Shown here: positions 61,971-64,000 of the stretch, piece by piece
Position numbering within the stretch: the stretch's first letter is position 1
Layout: each line of letters starts with the position of its first letter
NCBI RefSeq assembly: GCF_006345805.1
Contig: NC_043004.1
Span: 5,952,001-6,016,000, forward strand
Direction: 5' to 3'
From: Octopus sinensis
Taxonomy: Eukaryota
DNA length: 64,000 bases
Notes under the pieces: model-generated
The model's database searches: none
What the model was told of the DNA's origin: nothing
What the model saw: the letters and a program-made list of their open reading frames with translations, nothing else
Made by a program: the position numbers and the translations under genes

Positions 61971-62699
61971 ATCACCTTTATTTTGACTGAAAAATATTTT
62001 GAACTGGATAAAAAAATTATATTGATTACAGCAAATTGAAAAGCAATATAATCTTGTTAAATTATGAAACTATTGTTTCCAACCAATAAGTCTTTCTAAT
62101 TTTGTCACAGAGCCAGCAGTTATGAGGGGAGGGGGCAAATCGATTACATCAACCCCAGTATTTGATTGGTACTTTAATTTATGAACCCCCAACCAAAAGA
62201 ATGGAAGGCAAAGTTGATCTCTGCAGGATTTGAACTCAGAATGTATAAAGTCAGAAGAAATGCAGTTTAGCATTTGGTTCAAGGGGCTAACAATTCTAAG
62301 ACACACACACACATATGTGTGTGTGAACATGTACTAAATGTTTAACTAAATTTGCTGACTAGCTAGTCTAATAGTCCTCTGACTAAAGATGTTTTAAATA
62401 CAAGTGCTTTTGTACCTGTGATGTAACTATGAAGAGTTAATTACTGGACTGATTAGTTAGGTATGTAATTATGACTCATTAAGTTTATTCTTTTTCTCTT
62501 TAACAATTTGGCCTGGAGTAAGAGGCTGTGCACATGGCCTTTGTAAGTCCTCTCAGACCTCTGAGATCAATGGGGTTGATGTTCTTTTTAAACAAATTGA
62601 TGATTCCAGAAAAAAGCATGGTTGGGAGTGGAGTAGAGAGGGCATTCCAGATGTCTGACATTCTTCTTGCTATCACACTAAATAATTAAAATTCTATGA

Positions 62700-63010
62700 A
62701 TAGATTTTCTTGGCATAAGCATGGCTGAGTGGTTAAGCTCACTTTGCAACCATTTGATTCTGGGTTCAGTCCCACTGTGAGGCATTTTGAGCAAGTGTCT
62801 TTTATAATAGCCCTGGGTCAACCAATGCTCTGTGAGTGAATTTGGTAGACAGAAACTGTATGGAAGCCCATTGTGTGTGTTACCTATCACTGCCACACAA
62901 GTGTTGGTTTGTTTATGTTCCTCATATCTTAGCAGTTCAGCAAAAAGGAACCAACAGAATAGGTGCCAGATTTTAAAACATAAGTACTGGGGTTAATTTG
63001 TTCAATTAAA
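62700..63010 (+). mobile_element. SINE family A
   Basis: Head, core and tail motifs. Confidence 0.75.
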
Positions 63011-63365
63011 ATCTGCACAGCAGGATTGAATTCAAGACTACATAGATGGGAAGCAAGCTTCTCAGCCACAAACCCACAATAAAATCAACAGATCTTTTAT
63101 TATGGATGTTTAGAATGTTCTCATTGTAGAAATGCTAATGAATGGCTATAAACGAGTGAGTCAACAATTTTAACTTTTTATACATTCCTACCATTTGGTT
63201 CTGGCCATTGCTTTACTTAATTATAATATGTAGCACTACTGAAGATGGAAATGTAATTGTCAGTAACAGTCTAAGCACTGGTGTGGTTGTGAGGATACAG
63301 AGTTCACTTTATTATGTGCTCTCAAGTTCTATCGCATTGTGAGGTACTTTGGACAAGTATCTTCT

Positions 63366-63950
63366 ATTAGGTTATCCCATAAGTAATGTAGTTTTTTAAT
63401 ACTTCTTTTATTTTTCAAAATTAAGATAAAGTTTCTTTTTTTTATGTAAAATATAGTCTCCTTCATTTTCTACAATGCTCTTCCATCTATCTAGTAGACT
63501 TGCAAGGCCACTCTTCCAAAATTCACTTGTTCGTGATGGAAAATACTCCTCCAGTACTGTTCTCACCTCATCTACAGAATTCATGTTTTTTCTGTCCCAA
63601 TGATTTTGAAAACTGCAAAATAAATGATAATCAGATGGGGCAATGTCCGGTGAATATGGTGGGTGGGGCATTGTTTCCTATTCAAGCTGCTCCAGTCTTT
63701 CGAATGTCATCTTTGCTGTATGTGGCCATGCATTATCCTGATGGAAGAACACCTTTCATCTTGAAACCAAAAATAGTCATTTTTCTTCTAGCACTGACTT
63801 AAGCCACTCAAGCAGCTCATAGTAGATCTCCTTTGTTATTATTTGGTTTGGGCTTAAAAGTTCAAAATGGACTAAATCTTTCATATGCCACCAAACAGAT
63901 AACAACACTTTATGTGGGTGAAGACCTTCTTTAGCCTGGGGTGCTGGTGT
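63366..63950 (-). mobile_element. Degenerate mariner transposase 3' half
   Basis: HPPYSPDIAPSDYHLF and RWKSIVENEGDY motifs; end TATTAGGTTATCCCATAAGT near 63365. Confidence 0.88.
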
Positions 63951-64000
63951 TTCTCCTTTCCTTACCCACTGTTTTCAATGCTTGACATTTTTATAGAGAA

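Noticed and set aside
1-64000. CRISPR arrays, rRNA, prokaryotic operons
   Set aside because: No regularly spaced repeat-spacer arrays or rRNA-like sequence; the window is eukaryotic repeat-rich DNA.

Overview
AT-rich, repeat-saturated animal genomic DNA. The SINE families, RTE LINE tails and microsatellite load resemble an Octopus/coleoid cephalopod genome (inference from recalled repeat families, not a database hit). The only confidently identifiable host gene is an intronless 71-aa ORF at 11209-11424 (+) consisting solely of an XRN2-binding domain (XTBD; PAXT-1/CDKN2AIPNL-like). The rest is mostly intron-like or intergenic sequence. It holds about 30 copies of a tRNA-derived SINE, several other SINE families, RTE, CR1 and R4/Dong LINE fragments, two mariner relics, one maT/Tc1 relic, hAT MITEs, a Lep1-like Helitron and a probable solo LTR. 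The most unusual signals are two different fold-back elements carrying minimal type I hammerhead ribozyme motifs (about 22.0 kb and 25.3-25.7 kb, the second with a tRNA-like head), a perfect 127-bp-arm palindrome, pre-miRNA-sized hairpins, and several weak candidate exons. Repeat boundaries are approximate, read by eye.
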